From a virus, in the IMG/VR virus record IMGVR_UViG_3300022752_000021: 64,000 nucleotides of DNA; one strand, written 5' to 3'. The position numbers and the translations under genes were made by a program. Below are positions 47,774 through 57,348 of the stretch, one piece after another. The first letter of the stretch is position 1; every line of letters starts with the position of its first letter. The notes beneath the pieces were generated by a model. The model was given only the letters and a program-made list of their open reading frames with translations, was not told the origin of the DNA and made no database searches.

Positions 47774-48451
47774 TCAACACTCTTCGTCATTATTTGTATC
47801 GTAGATAAAATTTGTTGCACCCGACGCACTCCACCGATCTTGGTTCTCACAGAACCATTTGCGCGTGGAAAATTTGAAGTATGGAATCTTGAGATCGGAT
47901 GATGGAGTTTGTGATTGATGCCTCCATATGATTCTGTTGTTGGGTTGTGCTGCAAATTGACCATTATCCAACTTTATGATGTTGAAAGATTTATGTTCAT
48001 TCGGTGTCTCTGACCACCCAACATCAACTTCATTTGGATCAGATGCACATGGATCGACGGTGAACAGATAGTAACCAGGTGCGCGAGACTTGTCTTTCAT
48101 TACAACTTCACATCTTGCGTTTCTCAAACGCTCCTTGCGAATTACAGAAATGTTGTATGACATGCAATCCCAAAGTTGCAACCAATCTAGCGGATATAGT
48201 TTTTTTGGATCAACATCTTTTCTCCACACAAAGGCATGAAGTGGTAACTTGTCGTATACAGCACCATAATCATGAATCAATGATTCAAAATAAAGTGCCT
48301 GATTGGGGATCGACTTGGCGGTTAGCCAATGTGCCGATTCGTATTCTCCATCTCCAAGTAGTTTGCCAGTTTTGTCTGTAAGAAAATCGTACAGAAATTC
48401 CTTACGAACAAAAACCTCAATCGGGGGTATGTTTGCTATCAGATAAGCCAT
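47774..48451 (-). CDS. Conserved phage hypothetical protein
   Basis: MAYLIANIPP...RKEFLYD, LQLWDC and EHKSFN...NGQFAAQPNNR; TAATG coupling to gp43. Confidence 0.65.
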   Translation of the reverse strand: MAYLIANIPPIEVFVRKEFLYDFLTDKTGKLLGDGEYESAHWLTAKSIPNQALYFESLIHDYGAVYDKLPLHAFVWRKDVDPKKLYPLDWLQLWDCMSYNISVIRKERLRNARCEVVMKDKSRAPGYYLFTVDPCASDPNEVDVGWSETPNEHKSFNIIKLDNGQFAAQPNNRIIWRHQSQTPSSDLKIPYFKFSTRKWFCENQDRWSASGATNFIYDTNNDEEC

Positions 48452-50988
48452 TATCCGAACAATCCTTCCAATGTATGCACTACTTCTTCCTTCCATCCAA
48501 GAACGCCAAGAATGTTTCTCATCGGCTCAAGGAATGTCTTCTCAAACTGCAAATCGTAATCCACAAACCCATCAAGATTGAACTCATCTGGAATCTTTGA
48601 TGTGAATGCAATCACCTTTTCGCACAATGGATTCGGTGTCTTGAGATAAAGAAACTTTATCTTGTCGCCTTCACGAATCTCCTGATACTTCCCACCCAAC
48701 TTGTTCTTTTTGATGTTGTAGTTGAACAACAAGGAACCCTTTGTTGCGATTGGTGTTCCTTTCTTGTAGATCATAGTTGGATCACCATACTCCTTCAGCC
48801 CATTGCAACTTCTTGGGAATGCAATCTTCTCTGGCGGAAGGCTCTTGAATACATTCCTAAAGGTCGAAACGAACTGCTGCACATGAGTCTCGTCCTTGTT
48901 CATGACGATTGAGATGGCTTCCTTGAGGGCATTACGGACAACCTCTGGTGTGGAGGAACGCGCAGTCTCAATGCCCATGATCTTGAGTTCTGGAACCTTT
49001 AGATAAACATTCTCTTCACCCATGCGAACATTCAACATGTATCGCTTCTTCGCAGTCCAAATGCCCGATGACGCAATCGACTCGCGCTTCATACGCATCT
49101 TATTGTCATACGCATTCATATATTCAGCAAGACGATCATAAGACTTATTGATCACCTTCTGAATTGCTTCGTTGGATGCCTTGTCAATGAACTGCGTGAT
49201 CTTCTGCTCATCCTTCTCATTTGGCATCACCTTGGAAACAAGAGGACCAAGGTTCAGATAGACGGAGTCTGTGTCGATTGCAATCACATAATCGACACCT
49301 TCTGTGCTGTTTGCTTTGTTGAGATACTGATTCAGATCTTTCTCAACCCATTGCACCGACAACTGACCAGACAAGGTTATAGCCTCAGCAATTGCCTCAT
49401 CGTAGTAACGAAACCATTCGTTTCCAACGGCACCGAAGGCGGAATTGAGTTGAATCTTGCGGACGAGTTGGAAGTTGTGAAACTTCGAAATGGCGAGTCG
49501 TAGATTCTCTCTATCTTCTTCAGTCGCGTCCACAGGTAGTTGTTTGAGAGCAGCCTTGGCTTCAAGCATGAGCCTCTTGTAGTTCTTACGCTCCTCATAC
49601 ATCCGTTCCATGAGTTCAGGAAGAAATCCCCGAACATCCCTTCGATAAGTCGTACCATTGGCAGCAAGGCACACTCCTCTGCGGACGGCTTTCTCTCGTT
49701 CGGATAATGCAAGAGGTGAAGCCTTGATGAACGACTGAGGCGTAACCACTCGTCTGATCCCGTCTTCTGTCTTAGTTTCCGGCGACAGATTGTATTGCAT
49801 GATGAGGTGGGGATATAGTGAGTCGAGGTCAAAGGATACGACCCACTTATGATGTCCCGCTTGCGGATCCTTGACATACGCACCTTCAAATGAGGCATCT
49901 TTCTTTCCTTTCTTCTTTGGGGGAATGACTATGTTCTTACTATGCAAATGATGATAGATGATCTGCTCCCATGTTCTTACTTGAGAGAAGACATCGTTGA
50001 GATTCACCTTTGCAGAGTAAGCCAATGAAACTGCAAGTTCAAGAAGCCTGAGTTTTGCCTCAAGTTTCTGAACAAGAATGGTATCCTGAATGTTGTATTG
50101 AACGAACTTGGTGAAATCGTTCTTGTAGAAATCAGAAAAGTTGTCGTACTCCACATACGCAACCTTTGTCTCTCCAAGTTCGACAGAAGTGATGTGACCC
50201 AACTTGTAGGATTCTCGCGTCACATAAGTGAACTTCCTATAGAGGTCAAAGTAGTCGAGCGTGTTGATACCCACGATCTCATAGGCAATGCTCTCCTTGC
50301 CCATCATCTCCACCTTGCGTTCCTTGAGTTTGCCCCAAGGAGAAAACTTCTTGGCAAACTTCTCACCAAACAAACGAGTCATTCTATTGACGAGATATGG
50401 AATGTCGAAGAACTGAACATTCCATCCCGTGATGATGTCGATTCCAAGAGTCTGCCATGTGAGCATGAAGTCGCCAAGCATCTGCTCTTCGTTGTCATAC
50501 ACATTCACATGGAAATCATTTGGCATCTTTGATACATCAATATTGCCCAATGTGTATGTGTATTTCTTCTCACCAACGATTAGCGTGATGACATTGATGC
50601 GCTCGTTTGCAGTCTCAATGTTTGGAAAGCCTTCTTCCGATTCCGTTTCAATGTCGATATAGGCAATCCGCATCAACTTCATGTCATAGTTGATCTCATA
50701 CTTGTATTCATCACCGATGAACTGATAGAGATAGTCCGTGTTCCCGTAGATGGGATATGCATGGACATCCCTGTACTTCTCCACAAACTCCCGTGCTGAG
50801 TCGATGTCATCGAACACTATAGGCTCAACGCTTTTGCCATCAAGCGTGTGCCATGCAGATCCCTTCTTTCCTAATACAAACAAAGTTGGTTGAAAAGACT
50901 GCTCCTCGGCAAAGGCAACTCCATTCTCATAGCCGCGATGCAGAATGCGATTGCCGCGAATGGCAACATTCGTGTAGAACTTCTTCAT
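48451..50988 (-). CDS. gp43: Family B DNA polymerase (T4 gp43)
   Basis: DIET exonuclease motif, SFDLDSLYP, KIQLNSAFG, IDTDS and KKRY. Confidence 0.97.
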   Translation of the reverse strand: MKKFYTNVAIRGNRILHRGYENGVAFAEEQSFQPTLFVLGKKGSAWHTLDGKSVEPIVFDDIDSAREFVEKYRDVHAYPIYGNTDYLYQFIGDEYKYEINYDMKLMRIAYIDIETESEEGFPNIETANERINVITLIVGEKKYTYTLGNIDVSKMPNDFHVNVYDNEEQMLGDFMLTWQTLGIDIITGWNVQFFDIPYLVNRMTRLFGEKFAKKFSPWGKLKERKVEMMGKESIAYEIVGINTLDYFDLYRKFTYVTRESYKLGHITSVELGETKVAYVEYDNFSDFYKNDFTKFVQYNIQDTILVQKLEAKLRLLELAVSLAYSAKVNLNDVFSQVRTWEQIIYHHLHSKNIVIPPKKKGKKDASFEGAYVKDPQAGHHKWVVSFDLDSLYPHLIMQYNLSPETKTEDGIRRVVTPQSFIKASPLALSEREKAVRRGVCLAANGTTYRRDVRGFLPELMERMYEERKNYKRLMLEAKAALKQLPVDATEEDRENLRLAISKFHNFQLVRKIQLNSAFGAVGNEWFRYYDEAIAEAITLSGQLSVQWVEKDLNQYLNKANSTEGVDYVIAIDTDSVYLNLGPLVSKVMPNEKDEQKITQFIDKASNEAIQKVINKSYDRLAEYMNAYDNKMRMKRESIASSGIWTAKKRYMLNVRMGEENVYLKVPELKIMGIETARSSTPEVVRNALKEAISIVMNKDETHVQQFVSTFRNVFKSLPPEKIAFPRSCNGLKEYGDPTMIYKKGTPIATKGSLLFNYNIKKNKLGGKYQEIREGDKIKFLYLKTPNPLCEKVIAFTSKIPDEFNLDGFVDYDLQFEKTFLEPMRNILGVLGWKEEVVHTLEGLFG

Positions 50989-51003
50989 AGAGGTAAGTAT
51001 ATC

Positions 51004-51873
51004 TCATTGCATCACAGATGCAAGAGTTGATGGGATTTCTTCTTTGATTCTATTCTCTGCCACCTGAATGTATTCGGGATTCAGTTCAGTTCCCACAAAG
51101 TTTCTATTGTTCTCAAGAGCAACAACTGCTGTGGTTCCCGATCCCGTGAATGGATCAAGCACTGTGCCACCTTCAGGACATCCTGCAAGAATGCAGGGAA
51201 GAATAAGATTCTTTGGATAAACCGCGAAGTGCGCTCCCTTATATCCCTTGGTATTCACAGTCCACACAGAACGCTTGTTCTTCATGGGATTTTCTTCATC
51301 GACAGCACCACCCAACCCATGATGCTTCAACTTTGGATCGGTTGTGCCACCTCGCATGTTGGAACGGTCGCGAGGTCCCCAGTTCTGTGCTGGCTCCTTG
51401 ATTGCCTCATGGTCATAGTAGTAATGAGCCTTCTTGGAGAGAAGGAAGATGTACTCATGACTCTTTGTACAACGATCCGTGACAGATTCAGGCATAGGGT
51501 TTGGCTTTGACCAAATGATGTCCTGACGCAGCCACCAACCATCTGCTTGGAGAGCGAAGGCTACACGCCAGGGGATGCCGATGAGATCCTTGTGCTTCAG
51601 ACCCTTCTGTTCCCTGCGATTACCAGGAATGACTGTGGGCATGTCTCGCTGTCCTCCGATTGTTTGTGGTGGAGGAGCAACATTCTTCTGTGCCATGTAT
51701 GAATCACCAAGATTCAACCATAGAGTGCCATCAGGACGCAGACAGCGGCGAACTTCACGAAAGACATCAACGAGTGCTTGGACATATTCGTTGACTTCCT
51801 GTTCGGATCCGATCTCAGCAGGTTCAAAATATTGTTGTAGTTCATTTGGGATGTCTTCTTTGTTGTATATCAT
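51004..51873 (-). CDS. C-terminal part of a split beta-class N4/N6 DNA methyltransferase
   Basis: EIG.E...EYV..LV.VFREV, WLNLGDSY, KPNPMPESV.DRC, HFAVYP and DPFTGSGTT; ATG overlaps the HNH stop (ATGA). Confidence 0.85.
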   Translation of the reverse strand: MIYNKEDIPNELQQYFEPAEIGSEQEVNEYVQALVDVFREVRRCLRPDGTLWLNLGDSYMAQKNVAPPPQTIGGQRDMPTVIPGNRREQKGLKHKDLIGIPWRVAFALQADGWWLRQDIIWSKPNPMPESVTDRCTKSHEYIFLLSKKAHYYYDHEAIKEPAQNWGPRDRSNMRGGTTDPKLKHHGLGGAVDEENPMKNKRSVWTVNTKGYKGAHFAVYPKNLILPCILAGCPEGGTVLDPFTGSGTTAVVALENNRNFVGTELNPEYIQVAENRIKEEIPSTLASVMQ

Positions 51874-52430
51874 TTTAGGTATTCTTGATCCACATTTTTC
51901 TTGGAGTGTATCCAATGATGGCAGATTGAACACACCAATAACAGATTATCAATATCAGCACGCAACTCAACAGACTCACTAAACGATTTTATATGATGTA
52001 TGTGAAATGGAACAGATTTATCTTCGACATGGTTCAAACCACACCTCCTACAGATAGCAGCATCTCGTTTCCAAACAGCCTTCACTGCGTCTTTCCATTC
52101 CCGAGACTCATAAAAACTCTGTCGTTCTGGCGTTGACCCATCTTTCCAGTTTGGAGAAAGTTCTCCGCGCTTGTTCCACATAGGATTGTCTTCCCCATAT
52201 GCCCCCCAGTGTTTCACCTTCCTTGCTTCAGAAACATTTCTACTTTGAATCCCATGTTTGCGTATCCAATGTCTTACGGCTGGCTCACTAACAGAAAAGT
52301 CTGCGGCTATATCCGCCATACTTCTTTTTTTCACCAAGTATTCAGTCTCTAACCAACCCTTGTCCCACAATAGAGAAGGTTCTCTCCAATGTGTACCTTT
52401 TTCAAATCTTCCCAATTGATCTCGTTCCAT
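51870..52430 (-). CDS. HNH homing endonuclease with N-terminal HTH
   Basis: CRRCG...HIHHI...NL..VCSICHHWIH, PNWKDG; GGAGG SD. Confidence 0.9.
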   Translation of the reverse strand: MERDQLGRFEKGTHWREPSLLWDKGWLETEYLVKKRSMADIAADFSVSEPAVRHWIRKHGIQSRNVSEARKVKHWGAYGEDNPMWNKRGELSPNWKDGSTPERQSFYESREWKDAVKAVWKRDAAICRRCGLNHVEDKSVPFHIHHIKSFSESVELRADIDNLLLVCSICHHWIHSKKNVDQEYLK

Positions 52431-52480
52431 AGAATACCTCCATACTATGTATATGGAAAAATATTCCAAAGTACGGACAA

Positions 52481-52690
52481 TCAGCAGATAGGTTTTATCC
52501 CAAGGCGGTTGAGTTCAGATAATATCATCGTTACCTGTTCTTCGGTTAGATTTGGTTTCATTCGAACCCCCGTTTCAAAATATGATCTTAAGCCGAAGTA
52601 AGGCGGCGATGTGACGCAAGTATGAACAGAATCTGCATCAATTTGCTTGAGTGCTTCACGACAATCGCCTTGTATGATCTTGTAGTTCAT
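52481..52690 (-). CDS. N-terminal part of the split DNA methyltransferase (catalytic SPPY motif)
   Basis: IIQGDCREALK....SVHTCVTSPPYFGLRSY plus a 32-aa non-MTase tail. Confidence 0.85.
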   Translation of the reverse strand: MNYKIIQGDCREALKQIDADSVHTCVTSPPYFGLRSYFETGVRMKPNLTEEQVTMILSELNRLGIKPIC

Positions 52691-52692
52691 AT

Positions 52693-53070
52693 TCAGTAGC
52701 CTTTGCCACGAACGAAATAGTTTTCCTCAAAAGAAGCGAAACCGAAACATTCCCGCGCATAGTCGAGAATGATATTTTTGTCGAACTTGTTACAGGAATA
52801 AACATCTAGCGTGATGAAGTGGGTGGGTTCGATTGAGTGGATTTGAATGCCACTTTCAATCAGAGGAACCCACCCACTTACACCAGCCTTTGCTGGATAG
52901 AGTTCCCTGCCAAGGTGAGTTGGTCCATGAATGACGATTGGTTGGCTCATTCGGGTCATCCCGATCTTGTCAACCACTCGCTCCAAAAATCTGTATGTAA
53001 GTTCCATGTCATCTGCTGCACCAGTCTTGCAGTTGTACATGTCTAGGTAATATGAATATCCAAACGGCAT
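52693..53070 (-). CDS. speD: S-adenosylmethionine decarboxylase-family proenzyme
   Basis: LDMYNC, GVSGWVPLIES (self-cleavage site), IHS and LDVYSC motifs. Confidence 0.75.
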   Translation of the reverse strand: MPFGYSYYLDMYNCKTGAADDMELTYRFLERVVDKIGMTRMSQPIVIHGPTHLGRELYPAKAGVSGWVPLIESGIQIHSIEPTHFITLDVYSCNKFDKNIILDYARECFGFASFEENYFVRGKGY

Positions 53071-53337
53071 TTACTCGCGCTCCACCATGTAGATGTGGTC
53101 TTGATGAATAAGATCAAACTCTTTGAAATGATTTCCTTTGATCTTGGTGATATCCCAAAGAGCCTTGTCGCCAACCTTGATGTCTTCGGTGACACCATCA
53201 CCAACAGCAACAACTCTTGACCAAACCAACCGCGAGTTCACCTTCTCTGTGTAGATGATACCAGCATCAGTAGTCTTCTGACCACCAAACTCTGCCTTCA
53301 GAGCAACAAACTTTCCAACGGGACGAAACCCACTCAT
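53071..53337 (-). CDS. groES: GroES-like co-chaperonin (functional analogue of T4 gp31)
   Basis: FRPVGKFV, TDAGII and VVAVGDGV..IKVGD motifs. Confidence 0.8.
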   Translation of the reverse strand: MSGFRPVGKFVALKAEFGGQKTTDAGIIYTEKVNSRLVWSRVVAVGDGVTEDIKVGDKALWDITKIKGNHFKEFDLIHQDHIYMVERE

Positions 53338-53702
53338 GAGAGTTCCCTTGTGGTGCAGTTAAACAAAGAGTCGCCATACTGAGCCTTGAGTCTCTTCTCT
53401 TGACGATATGCGGAGAGGAGAACAATATAGTTGATGACATCAACCATTGTGTCCTCAAACGATTCATCCTTTACATGTTGCTTACCCGATGCGAGAATGG
53501 AAGACAAGCGACTCATCTTGTCTGTGAGACGAACCATGAAACCCTGTTCCGTAGAACAGATGCCCATTGCCTCAACTCGGGTGAAGTTTGCGAATGGCTC
53601 CTTGCCATCATTGCCAGCATAGTCTCGGTTCTTCTTGTCCATGAGTTCCCGTGCTTGCTTGCAGAGAACTTCGTGGTGCTTCAACAGTTCTTCGCGTGTC
53701 AT
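53334..53702 (-). CDS. All-alpha nucleotide-modification-associated (DUF1599/MazG-like) protein
   Basis: KKNRDYA...FANF, RLTDKMSRL and ESFEDTMVDVINY motifs. Confidence 0.7.
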   Translation of the reverse strand: MTREELLKHHEVLCKQARELMDKKNRDYAGNDGKEPFANFTRVEAMGICSTEQGFMVRLTDKMSRLSSILASGKQHVKDESFEDTMVDVINYIVLLSAYRQEKRLKAQYGDSLFNCTTRELS

Positions 53703-53716
53703 GTCACCTCCGTACA

Positions 53717-54214
53717 TTATTTGACTCCTGTGCTTCCAAATCCACCATCTCTTGAGGTCTTCTTGCTAGGTCTTTCACCACATTCAACGAGAATGTAGTC
53801 AAGGTTACAAACCATTTCTGCCTGAGCAATACGCATTCCATGCTCAATCGTGATTCTTGAAAGAGAATCGTTCTTGAGCATGACGAAGCATTCCTCCACA
53901 TAGTCTGCATCGATTATACCTTCTGCATTCTGTGTGACAAGCCCATTCTTAAAAGAAAGACCAGATCGTGGGTGAACACGAACAGAATGATTTTCAGGAA
54001 TATCGAATATTAATCCTGTGGGGATAAGAACACGAAACTCTGCTGGAATTTCAACTTTATCTGTGCAATAAAGTTCCATAGGCTCATTCATACGAGTATA
54101 AGCCTTTACCTTTTCTACCCCCATGAGACAGGCAGTTAGATCAAAACATGCAGATTGCTCAGTCGCAAAAGATGGAACGATAGCGTTCGGGTTCACTTTG
54201 AACACTTTCAGCAT
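53717..54214 (-). CDS. dut: Trimeric dUTPase
   Basis: ACFDL, PRSGLS, GIIDADY, RIAQ and RDGGFGSTG motifs. Confidence 0.95.
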   Translation of the reverse strand: MLKVFKVNPNAIVPSFATEQSACFDLTACLMGVEKVKAYTRMNEPMELYCTDKVEIPAEFRVLIPTGLIFDIPENHSVRVHPRSGLSFKNGLVTQNAEGIIDADYVEECFVMLKNDSLSRITIEHGMRIAQAEMVCNLDYILVECGERPSKKTSRDGGFGSTGVK

Positions 54215-54232
54215 AATATAAATCTCCCTTGT

Positions 54233-55513
54233 TTATCGTCGGGTTTTGAACTTTTTCTTGTTCTTATTGCGATCAAGAAGCATTTCAAGCCGCTTACGCT
54301 TTGCAATTTCCTCGTCCTGTTGCTTTAGCATAGTTTCTGTGGGGCTTGGTACTGCGACCGGCTTTTGTCCTTCCATATCTCGCATGGCTTGAAGAACACC
54401 GCCCATTTCTTGCATCTTTGTCTTGTAGTTTGCAAGATTTGCTTCCATACGAGGACGCTCTGTATCGGGGAAGGTTGGATTCTTCAACAAGGATTCACAT
54501 GCAGCAATACCCTCATCATACTTGTGGAGATAGAAAGAAGTTGCTGCAATCTCATCATCACATTGCCAACGATAGACATCCTCATCAATGAATAGAATAT
54601 CAAACTTCGGATAAGGCATTGTTTTTGCCATGGACGCATACAGATATGCAAGCCTTGGTTGATTTACCAACCGATACATCTTTGCAATTTGGTAGAGGGG
54701 TTCTGCGCGAATGGGGCGATAGTTCCATGCCATGAGGAACTTCTCCTTGATCTCACCAAATGTCTTGTTAGTAATTGCCGCAATCATTGCAATTCGGTAA
54801 AGAGAATAGAAGACTTCTTCTTCCCAACCACCCATCTCTACACGCCTACGATATGCTTCATCGGACTTTTCCCACTGCTGTGAATCGAAATATGATTGTG
54901 CAAGGTAGAACTGATGTCGAGTATTCGTTGGATCCTCAAGCATTGCCTTCTCAAGGACTTCGGCATCTCTACTATACTTCTCAATAGGAGAGATACCAAC
55001 ATTTCTTGCTCCACCCATGGTACGGGCGCAGATGTTGTAGTTACCTTCCAACTTGATGATCTTCGCATTCTGCTTTTCACAAGCCGCATATTCGTGCAGA
55101 ACACCCTTGTATTCCCACTTGGAATCCAACTTGAATACTTGATTGCGCCACCAGAAGAACGATCCACGCTTGATGCGAAGAGCATAACTATCGATCTCTG
55201 TTGTGGGCGGAAGAATTAGTTCACCCTCAAGGTAATCGTCTGCATCGATCACCCATGCGTAGTCTGCCTTGCCCTCAGCAGCCTTGAACGCAAGGGTTCT
55301 GTTGTGACCGAAGTCCTTCCATTCGTGGTCATGAATCTCACCAGGAATACCCTTCTCCTTGAAGAAGTTGATGATGATCTCCTTGGTATTGTCGGTGGAA
55401 CCTGTGTCGCAGATGACCCAATAGTCAATGTACTTGTATACTGAGTTGAGGCACTCAAGTATGATATGCGACTCGTTTTTCACAATCATGCACAGCGTAA
55501 GCATGGGCTTCAT
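54233..55513 (-). CDS. GT2 glycosyltransferase with TPR repeats
   Basis: LCMIVKNE, DTGSTD, IDADD, GVLHEY, then TPR-like FYLAQSY helices. Confidence 0.85.
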   Translation of the reverse strand: MKPMLTLCMIVKNESHIILECLNSVYKYIDYWVICDTGSTDNTKEIIINFFKEKGIPGEIHDHEWKDFGHNRTLAFKAAEGKADYAWVIDADDYLEGELILPPTTEIDSYALRIKRGSFFWWRNQVFKLDSKWEYKGVLHEYAACEKQNAKIIKLEGNYNICARTMGGARNVGISPIEKYSRDAEVLEKAMLEDPTNTRHQFYLAQSYFDSQQWEKSDEAYRRRVEMGGWEEEVFYSLYRIAMIAAITNKTFGEIKEKFLMAWNYRPIRAEPLYQIAKMYRLVNQPRLAYLYASMAKTMPYPKFDILFIDEDVYRWQCDDEIAATSFYLHKYDEGIAACESLLKNPTFPDTERPRMEANLANYKTKMQEMGGVLQAMRDMEGQKPVAVPSPTETMLKQQDEEIAKRKRLEMLLDRNKNKKKFKTRR

Positions 55514-55532
55514 AATAAAGACTCCTTGATGT

Positions 55533-55949
55533 TCAGTTCTTCTTCTTACCTATATGGTATTTAGGTACTAGTTCCCAGTTCTGTTTATCTTTATGGGGGA
55601 TTATTTTCATCTGAGCAAGAGAAACAATTGGATCTCCTGCCTTCTTCTTGTCAACTATGTCAACAAGACCCCATTCCTCAAGGAGGTTTGCGATTGTGTT
55701 CCTGCGACCGATGTCCGTATCATCAATGTCCGTAGGTAGACCATCAAGGGCAAATAGTTCCTTAAAATGTACTATGTAGAACTTGCCACGTTTGTGTAGT
55801 ATATGGCAACTCTGATACAACTTGTTTTCTTTCTTAGAGGAAACTCCTATTCTCGTAAGAGTTTCCCGCACCTTAAGAAAGTCGTCGTCTGCTTTCAATG
55901 TTACCTCAAGTAAATCTTCTGCCTTGAGGCTTAATGTCCTTTTTTCCAT
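55533..55949 (-). CDS. regA: Translational repressor RegA
   Basis: DDFLKVRETLTRIG, LYQSCHILHK.G..YIVHFKELF.LDG; CTAAATA upstream. Confidence 0.95.
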   Translation of the reverse strand: MEKRTLSLKAEDLLEVTLKADDDFLKVRETLTRIGVSSKKENKLYQSCHILHKRGKFYIVHFKELFALDGLPTDIDDTDIGRRNTIANLLEEWGLVDIVDKKKAGDPIVSLAQMKIIPHKDKQNWELVPKYHIGKKKN

Positions 55950-56002
55950 ATCGACCTCGCCAATCAATCAAACATTTGCGAATATCGATAATATTTAGCA
56001 TT

Positions 56003-56392
56003 TCAAACTCCTCCACGCATCTCAGATTCACGCTTGACGATCTTGGCAATGGTCTTCTTGTCCAAGGTTGCCTTGATCTCCTCTGCCTTACGCACAGAAC
56101 ACCCGAAGATGTCCACGATCTTCTGTGTGACCTCGGCATCTTCCTTCTTTGCCCACTTCCCAACCCGCTTGCGCGGTCTAATGCTATGGAGCAAGAACTC
56201 ATACTGCATCTGCTTGTCGAGATGACCACGCATATTCATCTCATTTGAGTGCATTATGCTGTCTGGAAATTGTGAAAGACCTCTATTCATGAGATAGGGG
56301 GCATACTCAGATGCCCCTCTACCTTCCTCACGAATAAGATTCTTCTTGGTGAGATTGATACTGTTTAGAAAGTCAAATGGTGAATCATTCAT
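56003..56392 (-). CDS. gp62: Clamp loader small subunit (gp62)
   Basis: PFDFLNSIN, Y.PYLMNRGLS and QYEFL motifs; synteny. Confidence 0.9.
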   Translation of the reverse strand: MNDSPFDFLNSINLTKKNLIREEGRGASEYAPYLMNRGLSQFPDSIMHSNEMNMRGHLDKQMQYEFLLHSIRPRKRVGKWAKKEDAEVTQKIVDIFGCSVRKAEEIKATLDKKTIAKIVKRESEMRGGV

Positions 56393-57336
56393 TTCTTGAA
56401 CTCACAAGAAACCATCAGTTCGCTGAGGCAAGCCATCGTATTGATTTCTTGATCTGCGACAAAGGCAGACTTGTATTGGTAATCTGCAAGAGTGAGGATA
56501 GCCTGAGGAATAGACTGAGGCTCAAGGATTTCATAGATCGAATCATAGATGCTGCGGAACAATCCGACATGGTCGTTGTCAATATTACTGGCAACCCACT
56601 TTCGAATGGATCCAAACTCCTTCTTCTTCATATATCCGACTAGGTCATTTACCTTATCCGTGGCAGTAGTGCCAAGAATACCAACGTCAATCTTCCCACC
56701 AAGGGCGTACTTCTGAAGATCATTGATGAGTCTTCGGAAGTCAGGAAAACGCCTCATGACCAATTCAGCAATGACTTTCTGATCATACTGAATCTCCTCC
56801 GAATCAAGAATAGCACACACCCTCTTCATCATCTGCTTTGCCATCTTCGGCTTTTCGGTCGAAGGAATGCGGAAGTCGATGATTGTGCATCGGGAATGAA
56901 GAGGCTGAATGATTCTATTCTTGTAGTTGCAAGTCAGAATAAACCGACAGTTCTTTGAGAACTCCTCCATGAAGCCACGAAGTGCTGGCTGCATGGATTG
57001 TGGATTGGAATAATCGAACTCGTCTAGGATGACTACCTTGGCACCACCACTAAAAGAAACAGAACTTGCAAAGTCCCGAATCCTAGTCCTCAGGGTGTCA
57101 ATGTTTCCATCTTCGGAGCAGTTGATCAAAATCCAATCGCACCCAAGTTCATCACACAGAGCCTTTGCAACCGTGGTCTTTCCAACACCAGGACCACCAG
57201 CAAGGAGCATATTTTGAATCTGACCACGATCTATCGTTTCTTCAAATGTCTTGAGAATGTCTTGCGGAAGGACGCAATCTGCAATACGGGTGGGACGGTA
57301 TTTTTCCGACCACAGATATTCGTCTGTAGCGAGCAT
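56389..57336 (-). CDS. gp44: Clamp loader large subunit (gp44)
   Basis: LWSEKYRP, GPGVGKTT, DEFD and PLHSRC motifs. Confidence 0.95.
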   Translation of the reverse strand: MLATDEYLWSEKYRPTRIADCVLPQDILKTFEETIDRGQIQNMLLAGGPGVGKTTVAKALCDELGCDWILINCSEDGNIDTLRTRIRDFASSVSFSGGAKVVILDEFDYSNPQSMQPALRGFMEEFSKNCRFILTCNYKNRIIQPLHSRCTIIDFRIPSTEKPKMAKQMMKRVCAILDSEEIQYDQKVIAELVMRRFPDFRRLINDLQKYALGGKIDVGILGTTATDKVNDLVGYMKKKEFGSIRKWVASNIDNDHVGLFRSIYDSIYEILEPQSIPQAILTLADYQYKSAFVADQEINTMACLSELMVSCEFKK

Positions 57337-57348
57337 TATTCACTCCAT

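Noticed and set aside
51870-52480. Group I intron or split intein interrupting the methyltransferase
   Set aside because: Only ~50 nt is non-coding, and no intein terminal motifs (N-terminal Cys/Ser block, His-Asn plus nucleophile) occur at the junctions.
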